The translations under genes and the position numbers were made by a program. The notes beneath the pieces were generated by a model that had not been told where the DNA came from, did no database searches, and saw nothing but the letters and a program-made list of their open reading frames with translations. A stretch of 64,000 nt of DNA from Alphaproteobacteria bacterium (lineage in GTDB: Bacteria > Pseudomonadota > Alphaproteobacteria > Micavibrionales > Micavibrionaceae), in contig JAJRSA010000013.1 in NCBI GenBank assembly GCA_024279035.1, forward strand, positions 91,889-155,888, written 5' to 3'. Positions 50,238 through 60,068 of the stretch are shown in pieces (position 1 is the first letter of the stretch; every line of letters begins with the position of its first letter).

Positions 50238-51542
50238 TCAAGAGTTTTTCAATGCACGATCAATAATCCCATCAATATTCTTGGTGTAATGGTCATAGTT
50301 AAAAATATCTTCAAATGTCTCTGTGGAGAGCGCATCAGTGACCTCTTTGTCCTGAGACAGGAACTCTTTGAGAGAGGTCGTTGCATTACAGTCCCAGACT
50401 TTCATGGCATTGCGTTGGATAATCACATAGGCATCCTCACGACTGACCCCATTTTGAGTCAGAGCCAACATCGTGCGTTGGGAAAAGACAAGACCACCGA
50501 GCTTTTCAAGATTGATCTTCATTGTGTCAGGATACACCAAAAGATTTTCAATGAGGCCAGTGAGGCGGTGGAGTGCAAAATCAAGTGTGACCGTTGCATC
50601 AGGGGCAATCATACGCTCTACGGAAGAATGAGAGATATCTCTCTCATGCCAGAGGGCGACGTTTTCCATGGCTGGAATCACGGCACTTCTCACAATGCGC
50701 GCTAACCCTGTGAGATTTTCACTTAAGATAGGATTGCGTTTGTGAGGCATCGCAGAGGAGCCTTTTTGTCCCTTTGCAAAAAACTCTTCGGCTTCACGGA
50801 CTTCCGAGCGTTGAAGGTGACGAATTTCAATGGCAAAATTCTCAATCGAGGAGGCAATCACACCAAGGGTGGCAAAGAACATCGCATGGCGATCACGAGG
50901 AATCACTTGGGTGGAGACCATTTCATGTTCTAGCCCAAGCTTTTGTGCCACATAGTCTTCAATCTGAGGATCAAGCGTGGCATACGTGCCAACAGCGCCA
51001 GACATCGCACACACTGAAATTTCCTTTTGGGCAAGAAGAAGACGTTCTTTGGCGCGTTTAAAGGCACAATAATGCCCTGCGAGTTTTAGGCCAAAAGTGG
51101 TGGGCTCAGCATGTATTCCATGGCTTCTTCCAATACATAATGTTGATCTATGTTCTTCTATCCGTTTTTTGAGGGCGTTTAAAACTTTATCCAAGTCTTC
51201 AAGGAGAATGTCCGAGGCTTGTTTAAGCTGATAGGCAAAGCTTGTGTCAATCAAATCAGAAGACGTCATGCCTTGGTGAATATAGCGAGACTCTTCCCCT
51301 ACATGTTCAGCAACACTGGTGAGAAAAGCAATCACGTCATGTTTGACTTCCAATTCAATCTCATCAATACGTTGAAGATCAAATCCCCCTTTTTCACGCA
51401 AAACTTTAGGAACAGTCTCAGGAATAATCCCAAGATCCGCCATTTTCTCACAGGCGAGGGTTTCTATCTCAAGCCATATTTTAAAGCGATTTTCTGGATC
51501 CCAAATTTGTGTCATCTCTGGGCGAGAGTAGCGTGGAATCAT
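50238..51542 (-). CDS. purB: Adenylosuccinate lyase
   Basis: Fumarate-lyase signature SSAMPHKRNP and a family-typical N-terminus MIPRYSRPEM. The ORF is open to 51557, but the ATG at 51542 has a GAGG about 9 nt upstream. Confidence 0.94.
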   Translation of the reverse strand: MIPRYSRPEMTQIWDPENRFKIWLEIETLACEKMADLGIIPETVPKVLREKGGFDLQRIDEIELEVKHDVIAFLTSVAEHVGEESRYIHQGMTSSDLIDTSFAYQLKQASDILLEDLDKVLNALKKRIEEHRSTLCIGRSHGIHAEPTTFGLKLAGHYCAFKRAKERLLLAQKEISVCAMSGAVGTYATLDPQIEDYVAQKLGLEHEMVSTQVIPRDRHAMFFATLGVIASSIENFAIEIRHLQRSEVREAEEFFAKGQKGSSAMPHKRNPILSENLTGLARIVRSAVIPAMENVALWHERDISHSSVERMIAPDATVTLDFALHRLTGLIENLLVYPDTMKINLEKLGGLVFSQRTMLALTQNGVSREDAYVIIQRNAMKVWDCNATTSLKEFLSQDKEVTDALSTETFEDIFNYDHYTKNIDGIIDRALKNS

Positions 51543-51700
51543 TGGTGTGTACCTCATGTCTTTAAATCTATAATTTCCTCGCAGTATAGGGACAATTTTT
51601 AAGAATGCCAGAGCGTTTTGGACGAGCTTTTTAGGTTGACATAGCGTTTTTTATGTTGTAGATGTAGATATATAATTCGATAAATACGAGGAGTTTCGTT

Positions 51701-52864
51701 GTGAAGATATCGTTGATTGTTGATAGGATGGATGTTTTTGGAGGTGTGGAGACACATATTCGAGATATTGTTCATAATTTTCTTTATTATGGGCATAATG
51801 TAGATATTATTACAGGGGTAGAAGGTGTTTTATCTGATCCATTAAAAGATAGAGGTGTTAATGTTGTAGAATGTCCAGAAATCATACGAGATATAAAAAG
51901 ACCCGATCTTTATGTACGTAGTGTATTTGAGCTTGCTTCTCTCTTAAAAAAGAAGCCTCCAGATGTAGTGCATTCGCATAACATATCATCTGAATTTCCC
52001 GCTAGAATTGCTGCAAGACTTTTGTCAATTCCTTCTGTTCACACGGTACATGGGTGGAGTTTTGGGCATGATTCCGTTTCTCTTAAAACAAAAGCTATTA
52101 ATGGTGCATGCCATAGCATGGCAAGTATATTTAATAATGGACAAACTATTTTTGTAAGTGATTTTAATAGAAATCATGGCCTTACAAGAGGGTATGTGTA
52201 CCCTGAGACATCAAGGACAATCCATAATGGTATTCCTAATGTTCTTCCGACTCAACAAGGACAACATAACTCTAAAAAAAATGAGGCGGTAAGACTTGTA
52301 ATGGTTTCTAGATTGTCTCCTGAAAAAGATCATACAAGCGTCCTGCATGCCTTATCAGCTCTTAAAGATATGAATTGGGTAGTTGACTTTGCTGGTGGGG
52401 GAGAGAGTAAGCAGTATAAGGAATTAGCAACAAAGCTTGGTATTGGAGATCGTTGCCATTTTTTGGGAGAGGTTGAAGATATTCCAAATTTTATTTCTCA
52501 GAAAGATATTTTTATTTTATCCAGTCATCAAGAAGGGCTTCCTATTTCCATTATTGAAGCCATGCGCGCAAGACTTCCTGTTATTGCAAGTGATGTGGGT
52601 GGAGTTTCTGAACTTGTTGTTGATGGTGATAACGGTTATGTTTTTCCACGTATGGATGTAGAGTGTTTATCTGGTCATCTGAGAGATTTGATTTCTAATC
52701 AAGAAAAAAGAAGAGAGATGGGAGAGGTTGGTAGAGAGATCTATGAACAAAAATTTGCAATGAATAAAATGATGTCGCAGATCTACAAAGTTTATAACGA
52801 AACTATTGAAAATCACACACAGCATATTCATCGTCCTGAGTTTTTACAGCCGGCTGTTCGATGA
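51701..52864 (+). CDS. Glycosyltransferase family 4 (GT-B fold)
   Basis: 387 aa, GTG start. EX7E region EGLPISIIEAMRARLPVIASDVGGVSELV. AT-rich. Confidence 0.8.
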   Translation: MKISLIVDRMDVFGGVETHIRDIVHNFLYYGHNVDIITGVEGVLSDPLKDRGVNVVECPEIIRDIKRPDLYVRSVFELASLLKKKPPDVVHSHNISSEFPARIAARLLSIPSVHTVHGWSFGHDSVSLKTKAINGACHSMASIFNNGQTIFVSDFNRNHGLTRGYVYPETSRTIHNGIPNVLPTQQGQHNSKKNEAVRLVMVSRLSPEKDHTSVLHALSALKDMNWVVDFAGGGESKQYKELATKLGIGDRCHFLGEVEDIPNFISQKDIFILSSHQEGLPISIIEAMRARLPVIASDVGGVSELVVDGDNGYVFPRMDVECLSGHLRDLISNQEKRREMGEVGREIYEQKFAMNKMMSQIYKVYNETIENHTQHIHRPEFLQPAVR

Positions 52865-53692
52865 CGCTCTAAGTGTATTCTGAAGGAGGCAAGCAATGGT
52901 CATGGGGCCAACACCGCCAGGGACAGGGGTGATGGCGCGGGCGATCTCTTGAGCCTCTTTAAAGTCAACGTCGCCACAGAGCTTCCCTGTGTCTAGGCGG
53001 TTAATGCCGACATCAATAACGATGGCTCCTTGTTTGATCCAGTCTTTTTTGACCATTTTGGGGCGTCCGACGGCAGCGATAAGAATATCGGCTTGACGGC
53101 AAATAGCTTCAATATGCTTTGTTCTGGAGTGAGCGGTTGTGACTGTACAGTTTTCTTGGAGTAACAGTTGTGCCATTGGTTTTCCAAAGAGGTTTGAGCG
53201 TCCAAGAACGACAGCATGGAGTCCCGATAAATCCTCTTGAACGGATTTTATAAGCAGGAGAGAGCCTTGTGGCGTGCAGGGGACAAGACCATCTTTGTGC
53301 CCTAAGAACAATTTCCCTGCATTAAGCGTCGTTAAGCCATCGACATCCTTCTCAGGGTGAATCATCTGAACGAGGTCTTCTTGCACATCAGAAAGATGAT
53401 CTGGAAGAGGGAGTTGTAACAGAACCCCATGGAGTGTTGGATCCGTGTTCAATGTTGTAATCACAGAGGCAATTTCATCAAAAGTTGCCGTGTCGAGGAG
53501 TTTGTGTTCTGCACTAAGGACGCCGACGCTTTCACAGGCTTTTATTTTCCCTTTGACGTAAACATGACTTGCAGGATCATCACCGACTAAAATGACGGCC
53601 AGTCCCGGTTTTTTGTCCATACTCTCAATCTGAGTTTTTAAAGTCTCACGGAGCTGTGTAGCGATCTCTTTTCCGTTGATAAGCATCGTCAT
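52844..53692 (-). CDS. folD: Bifunctional methylenetetrahydrofolate dehydrogenase/cyclohydrolase
   Basis: 282 aa. Motifs VVLGRSNLFGKPMAQLL and PVPGGVGPMT. Confidence 0.94.
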   Translation of the reverse strand: MTMLINGKEIATQLRETLKTQIESMDKKPGLAVILVGDDPASHVYVKGKIKACESVGVLSAEHKLLDTATFDEIASVITTLNTDPTLHGVLLQLPLPDHLSDVQEDLVQMIHPEKDVDGLTTLNAGKLFLGHKDGLVPCTPQGSLLLIKSVQEDLSGLHAVVLGRSNLFGKPMAQLLLQENCTVTTAHSRTKHIEAICRQADILIAAVGRPKMVKKDWIKQGAIVIDVGINRLDTGKLCGDVDFKEAQEIARAITPVPGGVGPMTIACLLQNTLRASSNSRL

Positions 53693-53995
53693 TTAGAGAA
53701 CAAAGCCTCCAGATCCAGAGAGGAGAAGTCTAATCACCAGATTTCTTAAGAGCATTAATCCAAAAATAACAATCATAGGCGTTAAATCCAGCCCTCCAAT
53801 TGGGGGGATATAGCGTCGTACGCGGGACATAACAGGATGCGTTGCTTTTTTGATGAGGTGAATAAGGTTTTGGGCTTGAGGGTTGCGTGTGTTGATCACA
53901 TCAAAGATCACCAGCCAGCTTAAGACAATTTCGGCAATAATAATCCAGATATAGATCTGGACAGCGTAGCTTATGAATTGGATTAAAAAAAACAT
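53693..53995 (-). CDS. YggT family membrane protein
   Basis: 100 aa. YggT pattern IAEIVLSWL...HPVMSRVRRYIPPIGGLDLTPM. Abuts the folD start. Confidence 0.75.
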   Translation of the reverse strand: MFFLIQFISYAVQIYIWIIIAEIVLSWLVIFDVINTRNPQAQNLIHLIKKATHPVMSRVRRYIPPIGGLDLTPMIVIFGLMLLRNLVIRLLLSGSGGFVL

Positions 53996-54049
53996 ATATG
54001 ATCTCCTAAAATTTCCTCCTTCTTAACACTTTCACGCTATAGTAACAAT

Positions 54050-54778
54050 ATGTTTGTCCGTCGTCTTTTGATTGTTTTATGTCTGTGTTTCTTCTCCGTA
54101 AGTGCGCAGGCGTCGTCATGGTGTAAAATGTCAAAGAAGGCCAATATCAGAATTTCACCAGAAATGTCTAAGATCAGATATGATTATTCCAAAAGCTTTC
54201 TTGAGCTGTCTAATGTGCAGTTAGCTAGCCAAAATCCCTATGGCAGTAAGGCCATTACACATACGTTTGGGATCGCCAATGGACAGTTTAATATTGAGCA
54301 TTTGGTCAAGTTTCAAATTTTAACCAATCCCAATACCAACGAGAGTTGCCTGTGGTATGACACAGTGACGGTAAAGATGAAGATGAAGCCTGTCATTATG
54401 ATTGCCAATGAATATAGAAAAGGGGGATGTCATTTTAGGGAAGTGATGACCCACGAGATGCAACATATTGCTGTTGATAAGCAAGTGACCAATCAATATG
54501 CTCAAAAATTGGGGCAAGACTTATTAAGAGAAGTGAACCGAAAAGCCATTTATGGCCCGTTCCCCACTGCACAGAAAAACAAGATTCAACAACAGATACA
54601 GAAACGCCTCAATCAAATTGTAAAAGCCAATAACACAGCAATGATGAGTGCGCGCTCGCAGCGCCAGTCTGTGATTGACTCCAAAAGTAATTACGATGCT
54701 GTGGGTCAAAAAATAGAGCGCTGTGACCAGAGAAGCCCTATTACCGCCAAGCGTGTCCAGCGCAAGATTGAGCGTTAA
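54050..54778 (+). CDS. Secreted hypothetical protein with an HExxH motif (possible Zn-metallopeptidase-like)
   Basis: Signal peptide MFVRRLLIVLCLCFFSVSAQA and a single HEMQH motif (VMTHEMQHIAV) preceded by conserved-looking Cys residues. The family is not firmly recognised (DUF922-like at best). Confidence 0.4.
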   Translation: MFVRRLLIVLCLCFFSVSAQASSWCKMSKKANIRISPEMSKIRYDYSKSFLELSNVQLASQNPYGSKAITHTFGIANGQFNIEHLVKFQILTNPNTNESCLWYDTVTVKMKMKPVIMIANEYRKGGCHFREVMTHEMQHIAVDKQVTNQYAQKLGQDLLREVNRKAIYGPFPTAQKNKIQQQIQKRLNQIVKANNTAMMSARSQRQSVIDSKSNYDAVGQKIERCDQRSPITAKRVQRKIER

Positions 54779-54780
54779 GT

Positions 54781-56889
54781 TTACCCTATAGCATAGTGCC
54801 CCGCATTTGCGCGTGTTTGGTCTAAAAATTTAGGAGGGACAGAGAGGCTATCTAACTCTAATTTAATAGCCATTTCAGAGGCTCTATAGTCTGTTCCCAT
54901 GTGGCGTCCACAGATGGAAATTTCAATATAAGGGTTAGCGTTTCGTGCCTGTGTCACGATTTTTTTTATTATCTCTTCTAAAATGGATGTGATGTGTTGG
55001 AAGGGGCTTTGTCCTGTGACTTTATGTGTAATCATCCAGTCTGTGATGGTCTTTCCGTCGTGGCGTTCTATACCGCCCATGATCTCTGACATAAGATCAT
55101 TTGTGCCAATGCTTATAAAGTCAGCCTGTTGGGCTATTTCCCTGATATTGTCAACCGCATCCAGTGTTTCGATCATTGCGCCGATCTTATAGGCACGATT
55201 ATCTGCAATTTTTTGTGCTGTGGCTTTAACCTCTAAAAATTCATCGACCATTCTGACTAAAGGCACTAAAATTTTAACAGGGGCAGTATATTTAGCTTTG
55301 GCGGCAGCATTGAAGAGAGAGGCAATTTGCATCTCATAGAGACCAGATGTTTGAGAGGCAAACTGCACACCTCTTCTCTGGTCTGTATCAAGATCTTGTC
55401 TAAAAGTATGTGTATTGTCCAAAATTTCATCAGGGACAGCATCTAGGAGACGGACGGTAACAGGCGTGTTATTTGCGTCTGTGAATATTTTTTGGAGGAT
55501 CTTCTCCTGAATATCATTAAGAATGTTGAGGGCAGATTTTCTGTGTGTTTCATCGATCTCTGTCATAAGAGATTGAAGGGCCTCTAAGCCTTTTGTGTTA
55601 GAGGACAATAAATGTTCTGTACGGAGAAGCCCAATACCTTCTGCGCCATGCTCAAAAGCCTTTTGTACTTGTTCAGAGGTATCGGCATTGGCTAAAATGG
55701 ATAAAGGAGTATGCGTTTTTCGTGCGGTATCTGCCCAGTCCATGAAGTCAGAGTACCAATATTCATCTTGAAGGGAATAGTTTGATATTTCACATTGTTC
55801 TGAAATGAAAACACCTCCTATGGAGCTGATTATATTACCACTATCTATGGTCACATAATCTCCTATTGATAATTTTTTTAGCTGCTGATCATTATCACCC
55901 GTCTCAAGGTTATGGAAATAATATGTGTGGAGGAGCTGATTGTCTTTCAGAGAGATATGACCATTGCTCTCAGGGTCTAATCCCATAATTGCTGTAATGT
56001 CTGCATTTTCTGCTTGAAGAGCGAGATGGTTATTTGCTTTTCCTATAAGGATAAATCCATCAATGTTCCTGAAAAAAGTAGACATTTCTGGTGTATAATC
56101 ATGTGTGCAGAAAATAATAGGCTCGTTTTGACTTTTTCTTTTTAAGTCATCAATATCGGATTTACTCAATGCTAATCGTCCAGAGACAGGGCTTCCTGTG
56201 CCTTCTTTAAATATCAATTCTTCAATATATGGGACACTACTGATGTAATTTTTCTCGATAAGCTTCCTATTTGAAGGATCAAAGCAAGAAAGCCCTTGTT
56301 CTTGTGTTGCATTCCCGTTGGCAACTATTTTATGGATTGTTTGAGGGGGGAATTTGGTCTCTGGGCTTTGTGTTAATGTGTAAGCATCTTTACTTACAAT
56401 AAAATGTGTTCCCCAGTGTCTATTACAATATCTTCGTAGCGTTGTATGGAGAAATAGGTAATTTTCATATTCTTTCAATATTTTCTCTCGTTCCTCTTTT
56501 TTTTGCCAAATGGCAATACACTCAAACTCTTGAGTTTGAGTGTATTGAGGGGTTCCCCATTTTAAAGCAGGCTGGCAATCTGTATCTCTAGAGTGTATAA
56601 AAAATGTATCTGGAAGGTATTGTGTTCCTGTGTGTTCACAATGAGAGAGGAGATCTGTCAAAACATCCAGCCCAATCTCACCACTTCCACAAGTATTATC
56701 ATCCGCTGTAATAATGTTTGGTTTGTGACCACTTTGAAGCCAGTTGTCTAATATTTTTAGAGCATCTTGCGTACAGGTGGCATAGCCGACTTCAACTTCA
56801 ACGCCACAATTCTTAAACATGCTCTCCACATCGTGGTAGCGTGCCATATCATCATCGACAATCAAAATACGTCTTTTTTTATCAGCCAT
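54781..56889 (-). CDS. Receiver domain fused to a PPDK-like phosphohistidine plus PEP/pyruvate-binding module (no nucleotide-binding domain)
   Basis: 702 aa. N-terminal CheY-like domain (RILIVDDD, NIITADD). Swivel-like segment ending GKANNHLALQAEN. PEP-utilizer TIM-barrel motifs GAEGIGLLRTEHLL, VRLLDAVPDE, IGAMIETLDA...ADFISIGTNDLMSEIMG, SICGRHMG. Confidence 0.75.
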   Translation of the reverse strand: MADKKRRILIVDDDMARYHDVESMFKNCGVEVEVGYATCTQDALKILDNWLQSGHKPNIITADDNTCGSGEIGLDVLTDLLSHCEHTGTQYLPDTFFIHSRDTDCQPALKWGTPQYTQTQEFECIAIWQKKEEREKILKEYENYLFLHTTLRRYCNRHWGTHFIVSKDAYTLTQSPETKFPPQTIHKIVANGNATQEQGLSCFDPSNRKLIEKNYISSVPYIEELIFKEGTGSPVSGRLALSKSDIDDLKRKSQNEPIIFCTHDYTPEMSTFFRNIDGFILIGKANNHLALQAENADITAIMGLDPESNGHISLKDNQLLHTYYFHNLETGDNDQQLKKLSIGDYVTIDSGNIISSIGGVFISEQCEISNYSLQDEYWYSDFMDWADTARKTHTPLSILANADTSEQVQKAFEHGAEGIGLLRTEHLLSSNTKGLEALQSLMTEIDETHRKSALNILNDIQEKILQKIFTDANNTPVTVRLLDAVPDEILDNTHTFRQDLDTDQRRGVQFASQTSGLYEMQIASLFNAAAKAKYTAPVKILVPLVRMVDEFLEVKATAQKIADNRAYKIGAMIETLDAVDNIREIAQQADFISIGTNDLMSEIMGGIERHDGKTITDWMITHKVTGQSPFQHITSILEEIIKKIVTQARNANPYIEISICGRHMGTDYRASEMAIKLELDSLSVPPKFLDQTRANAGHYAIG

Positions 56890-56954
56890 TGTAGCATTAC
56901 CTTAATGGATTTTAAGATATAACAGATGTAAATTAATTTATAGTATATGTCAAC

Positions 56955-57029
56955 ATTCGTGATTCTGCCCTCCAGACTCACGAAAACCGCTGCGTGAGGG
57001 ACGTCAGCGGTTTCGAATTTGGTTTTGTT
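56955..57029. promoter_or_regulatory. Structured two-hairpin element in the divergent spacer between the REC::PPDK-like gene and acnA
   Basis: Closing stem ATTCG/CGAAT encloses hairpins CGTGA...TCACG and AAACCGCTG...CAGCGGTTT. The loops carry complementary CCCTC and GAGGG. T-runs follow the second hairpin on both strands. Confidence 0.3.
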
Positions 57030-57254
57030 AAGCTCTATAAATGTCCTTTAAAGGAGAGATCTATAAAATTCTTATAGTCTTAATATCGCATGGAACTGTG
57101 TCTTTTTTTTGCGTTAAATACGCCTTATTTGCGCCTTATTTATATCCATTTGATTTTAAACGATATTTTTAGTCTTTTTCTTTGTATTTTTTCATTTTAA
57201 ATCATGGTATTTTGTCTGTATTGGCAGTAAAAACTCGTAAAAGCAGGATAAAAC

Positions 57255-59924
57255 ATGGCACGCACAGGTCAAAACTCACTTAAAACACGACAAACGTTGA
57301 CTGTGGAGGGGAAGGCGTATGACTATTTCTCCTTGAAAACAGTGGCTGAAAAGCTGGGCAATATAGATAAGCTCCCCTTTACATTGAAAGTCTTGTTAGA
57401 AAATTTGTTACGCTATGAAGATGGGCGTTCTGTGACAACAGACGATATTCAAGCCTTGATTGACTGGCAAAAAGAAAAATCCTCGGACAAAGAAATTGCC
57501 TATCGTCCTGCCCGTGTGTTGATGCAGGATTTTACAGGCGTCCCTGCCGTGGTTGATTTGGCAGCAATGCGCGAAGCCATGGTGTCTCTGGGGGGAGACC
57601 CTCAAAAGATTAACCCGTTATCAGTCGTTGATTTGGTCATTGACCATTCTGTGATGGTGGATGAATTCGCTAGCCCTGAGGCCTTTGACGCGAATGTAAA
57701 ACGTGAGTTTGAACGCAATGATGAGCGCTATAAGTTTTTGCGCTGGGGACAAGATGCGTTTGATAATTTCCGCGTTGTCCCCCCAGGGACAGGCATATGC
57801 CATCAAGTCAATTTGGAATATCTCTCTCAAACCGTTTGGGCAGAGCCTGATCAAGACGGTAAAATGGTGGCCTACCCTGATACATTGGTGGGCACAGATT
57901 CACATACCACCATGGTCAATGGTTTGGCCGTTCTTGGGTGGGGTGTTGGAGGGATTGAAGCGGAAGCCGCTATGCTTGGGCAACCTGTGTCGATGCTTAT
58001 CCCTGAAGTGATTGGCTTTAAGCTCACGGGAAAACTCAAAGAAGGCGCAACCGCAACAGATTTGGTTCTGACCGTCACGGAAATGCTCCGAGAGAAGGGT
58101 GTGGTTGGGAAATTTGTCGAATTTTATGGCGATGGGCTAGATCATATGAGCTTGCCAGATAGGGCAACCCTTGGGAATATGGCGCCAGAATTTGGCTCAA
58201 CCTGTGGATTTTTTCCGATTGATGAGGAAACATTGCGCTATCTCTCCTTTACAGGCCGTGATCCGCATCGTGTAAAATTGGTGGAGGCGTATGCGAAAGA
58301 GCAGGGGTTGTGGCGTGAGGCAGGTAATGAGCCAGAATTTACCTATACGCTCCATCTCGATATGGGAGATGTTGTCCCCTCTATTGCAGGTCCAAAACGT
58401 CCTCAGGATCGCATTGATCTGACACAGGCCGTGCATGCGTTTCAAGATGTGGAGGCAGAAGAGAAAAACATCCCTGTTGAGGGCGCAGACTATGCGCTTG
58501 ATAATGGAGATGTTGTGATCGCCGCTATTACAAGCTGTACAAACACCTCTAATCCATCTGTGATGTTGGCGGCGGGGCTTGTTGCCCGTAAAGCCAGAGA
58601 AAAAGGCTTACAGGTGAAACCATGGGTCAAAACGTCTTTGGCGCCTGGATCCAAAGTGGTGACGGATTATCTGGTTAAGGCAGGCTTGCAAGAGGATCTT
58701 GATGCGTTGGGCTTTAACCTTGTGGGATATGGCTGTACAACCTGTATCGGAAATTCTGGACCTTTGCCAGCACCTATTGCCAAAGCGATTGAAACGGGAG
58801 ATCTCACGGTGACCTCAGTGCTCTCAGGAAACAGAAACTTTGAGGGACGGATTAGTCCCCATGTCAAAGCCAATTACTTAGCCTCTCCGCCGTTGGTTGT
58901 GGCCTATGCCTTGGCAGGCTCAATGAAAATTGATCTCTACAAGGATCCTCTCGGGCAAGATCAGGAGGGCAATGATGTGTATATGCGTGATATTTGGCCC
59001 AGCAATCAAGAGATTCAAGAGAGGATTGACAATTGCGTCACGCAAGAGATGTTTGAGACACGCTATGCAGATGTCTTTACAGGCTCGAAAGAATGGCAAG
59101 CTTATGGAGACGCGCACGCGACCCAGACCTATCAATGGCAAGACAGCTCAACATACGTGAAAAACCCACCATTTTTTGAAGGGATGGGGCTTGAGCCTGA
59201 GACTCCCTCAGATATTAAGGGCGCGCACATTTTGGCACTTTTGGGGGAATCCGTGACGACTGATCATATCTCTCCTGCAGGGGCAATCAAAATTGAGTCT
59301 CCGACAGGGGATTATCTGAAATCCCATCAGATTAGTCCAAAAGATTTCAACTCCTATGGCTCTCGCCGAGGCAATCACGAAGTGATGATGCGGGGCACTT
59401 TTGGAAATATCCGCATTCAAAATGAAATGACTCCTGACATTGAGGGGGGCTATACAAAATATATCCCCTCCAACGATCAAATGTCTATTTATGACGCGGC
59501 GATGAAATATGTCGCCGACGACACGCCTTTGGTTGTGATCGCAGGCAAAGAATACGGCACAGGCTCCTCTAGAGATTGGGCCGCCAAAGGCACCCGTCTT
59601 TTAGGTGTGAAAGCCGTTGTGGCGGAAAGCTTTGAACGTATTCATCGCTCAAACTTGATTGGAATGGGGGTTCTCCCTCTCCAGTTTAGAGCAGGGGAGT
59701 CTCGTAAGAGCTTTCATCTCACAGGCTTTGAAACAATAGATATAACAGGTGTGGCAGAGATTACGCCCCGCAGTGAGGTCGAGATGCAGATTGTCTACCC
59801 AGACGGCTCACAAAAAACAACACAGTTATTGGTGCGTATAGATACAGAAGACGAGCTTGATTACTATCAAAATGGTGGGATATTGCACTTCGTCTTGAGA
59901 CGCTTGGCGAAAGATACTAGCTAA
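57255..59924 (+). CDS. acnA: Aconitate hydratase A
   Basis: 889 aa. Fe-S ligand motifs [10 protein letters not shown] and [12 protein letters not shown]. Swivel domain with [16 protein letters not shown]. Confidence 0.96.
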   Translation: MARTGQNSLKTRQTLTVEGKAYDYFSLKTVAEKLGNIDKLPFTLKVLLENLLRYEDGRSVTTDDIQALIDWQKEKSSDKEIAYRPARVLMQDFTGVPAVVDLAAMREAMVSLGGDPQKINPLSVVDLVIDHSVMVDEFASPEAFDANVKREFERNDERYKFLRWGQDAFDNFRVVPPGTGICHQVNLEYLSQTVWAEPDQDGKMVAYPDTLVGTDSHTTMVNGLAVLGWGVGGIEAEAAMLGQPVSMLIPEVIGFKLTGKLKEGATATDLVLTVTEMLREKGVVGKFVEFYGDGLDHMSLPDRATLGNMAPEFGSTCGFFPIDEETLRYLSFTGRDPHRVKLVEAYAKEQGLWREAGNEPEFTYTLHLDMGDVVPSIAGPKRPQDRIDLTQAVHAFQDVEAEEKNIPVEGADYALDNGDVVIAAITSCTNTSNPSVMLAAGLVARKAREKGLQVKPWVKTSLAPGSKVVTDYLVKAGLQEDLDALGFNLVGYGCTTCIGNSGPLPAPIAKAIETGDLTVTSVLSGNRNFEGRISPHVKANYLASPPLVVAYALAGSMKIDLYKDPLGQDQEGNDVYMRDIWPSNQEIQERIDNCVTQEMFETRYADVFTGSKEWQAYGDAHATQTYQWQDSSTYVKNPPFFEGMGLEPETPSDIKGAHILALLGESVTTDHISPAGAIKIESPTGDYLKSHQISPKDFNSYGSRRGNHEVMMRGTFGNIRIQNEMTPDIEGGYTKYIPSNDQMSIYDAAMKYVADDTPLVVIAGKEYGTGSSRDWAAKGTRLLGVKAVVAESFERIHRSNLIGMGVLPLQFRAGESRKSFHLTGFETIDITGVAEITPRSEVEMQIVYPDGSQKTTQLLVRIDTEDELDYYQNGGILHFVLRRLAKDTS

Positions 59925-59982
59925 GTATCTCTAGTTCAATCTTGTTATTTTAAGGAGAAACATATGTCCCGCTGTCTCTCCC

Positions 59983-60051
59983 GTCATCCTGAACTTGTTT
60001 TAGGATCTCCTGCATATATTCTACCAGATCCTGAAACAAGTTCAGGATGAC
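59983..60051. repeat. Family A double-hairpin palindromic repeat
   Basis: GTCATCCTGAACTTGTTTTAGGATC...GATCCTGAAACAAGTTCAGGATGAC. Sister copy of 23596-23663. Lies between convergent acnA and the LpoA-like gene. Confidence 0.8.
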
Positions 60052-60068
60052 GGTGTGTGAAGGATCTC

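Noticed and set aside
50166-50705. 179-aa plus-strand ORF opposite purB
   Set aside because: It is antisense to PurB, which carries the fumarate-lyase signature.
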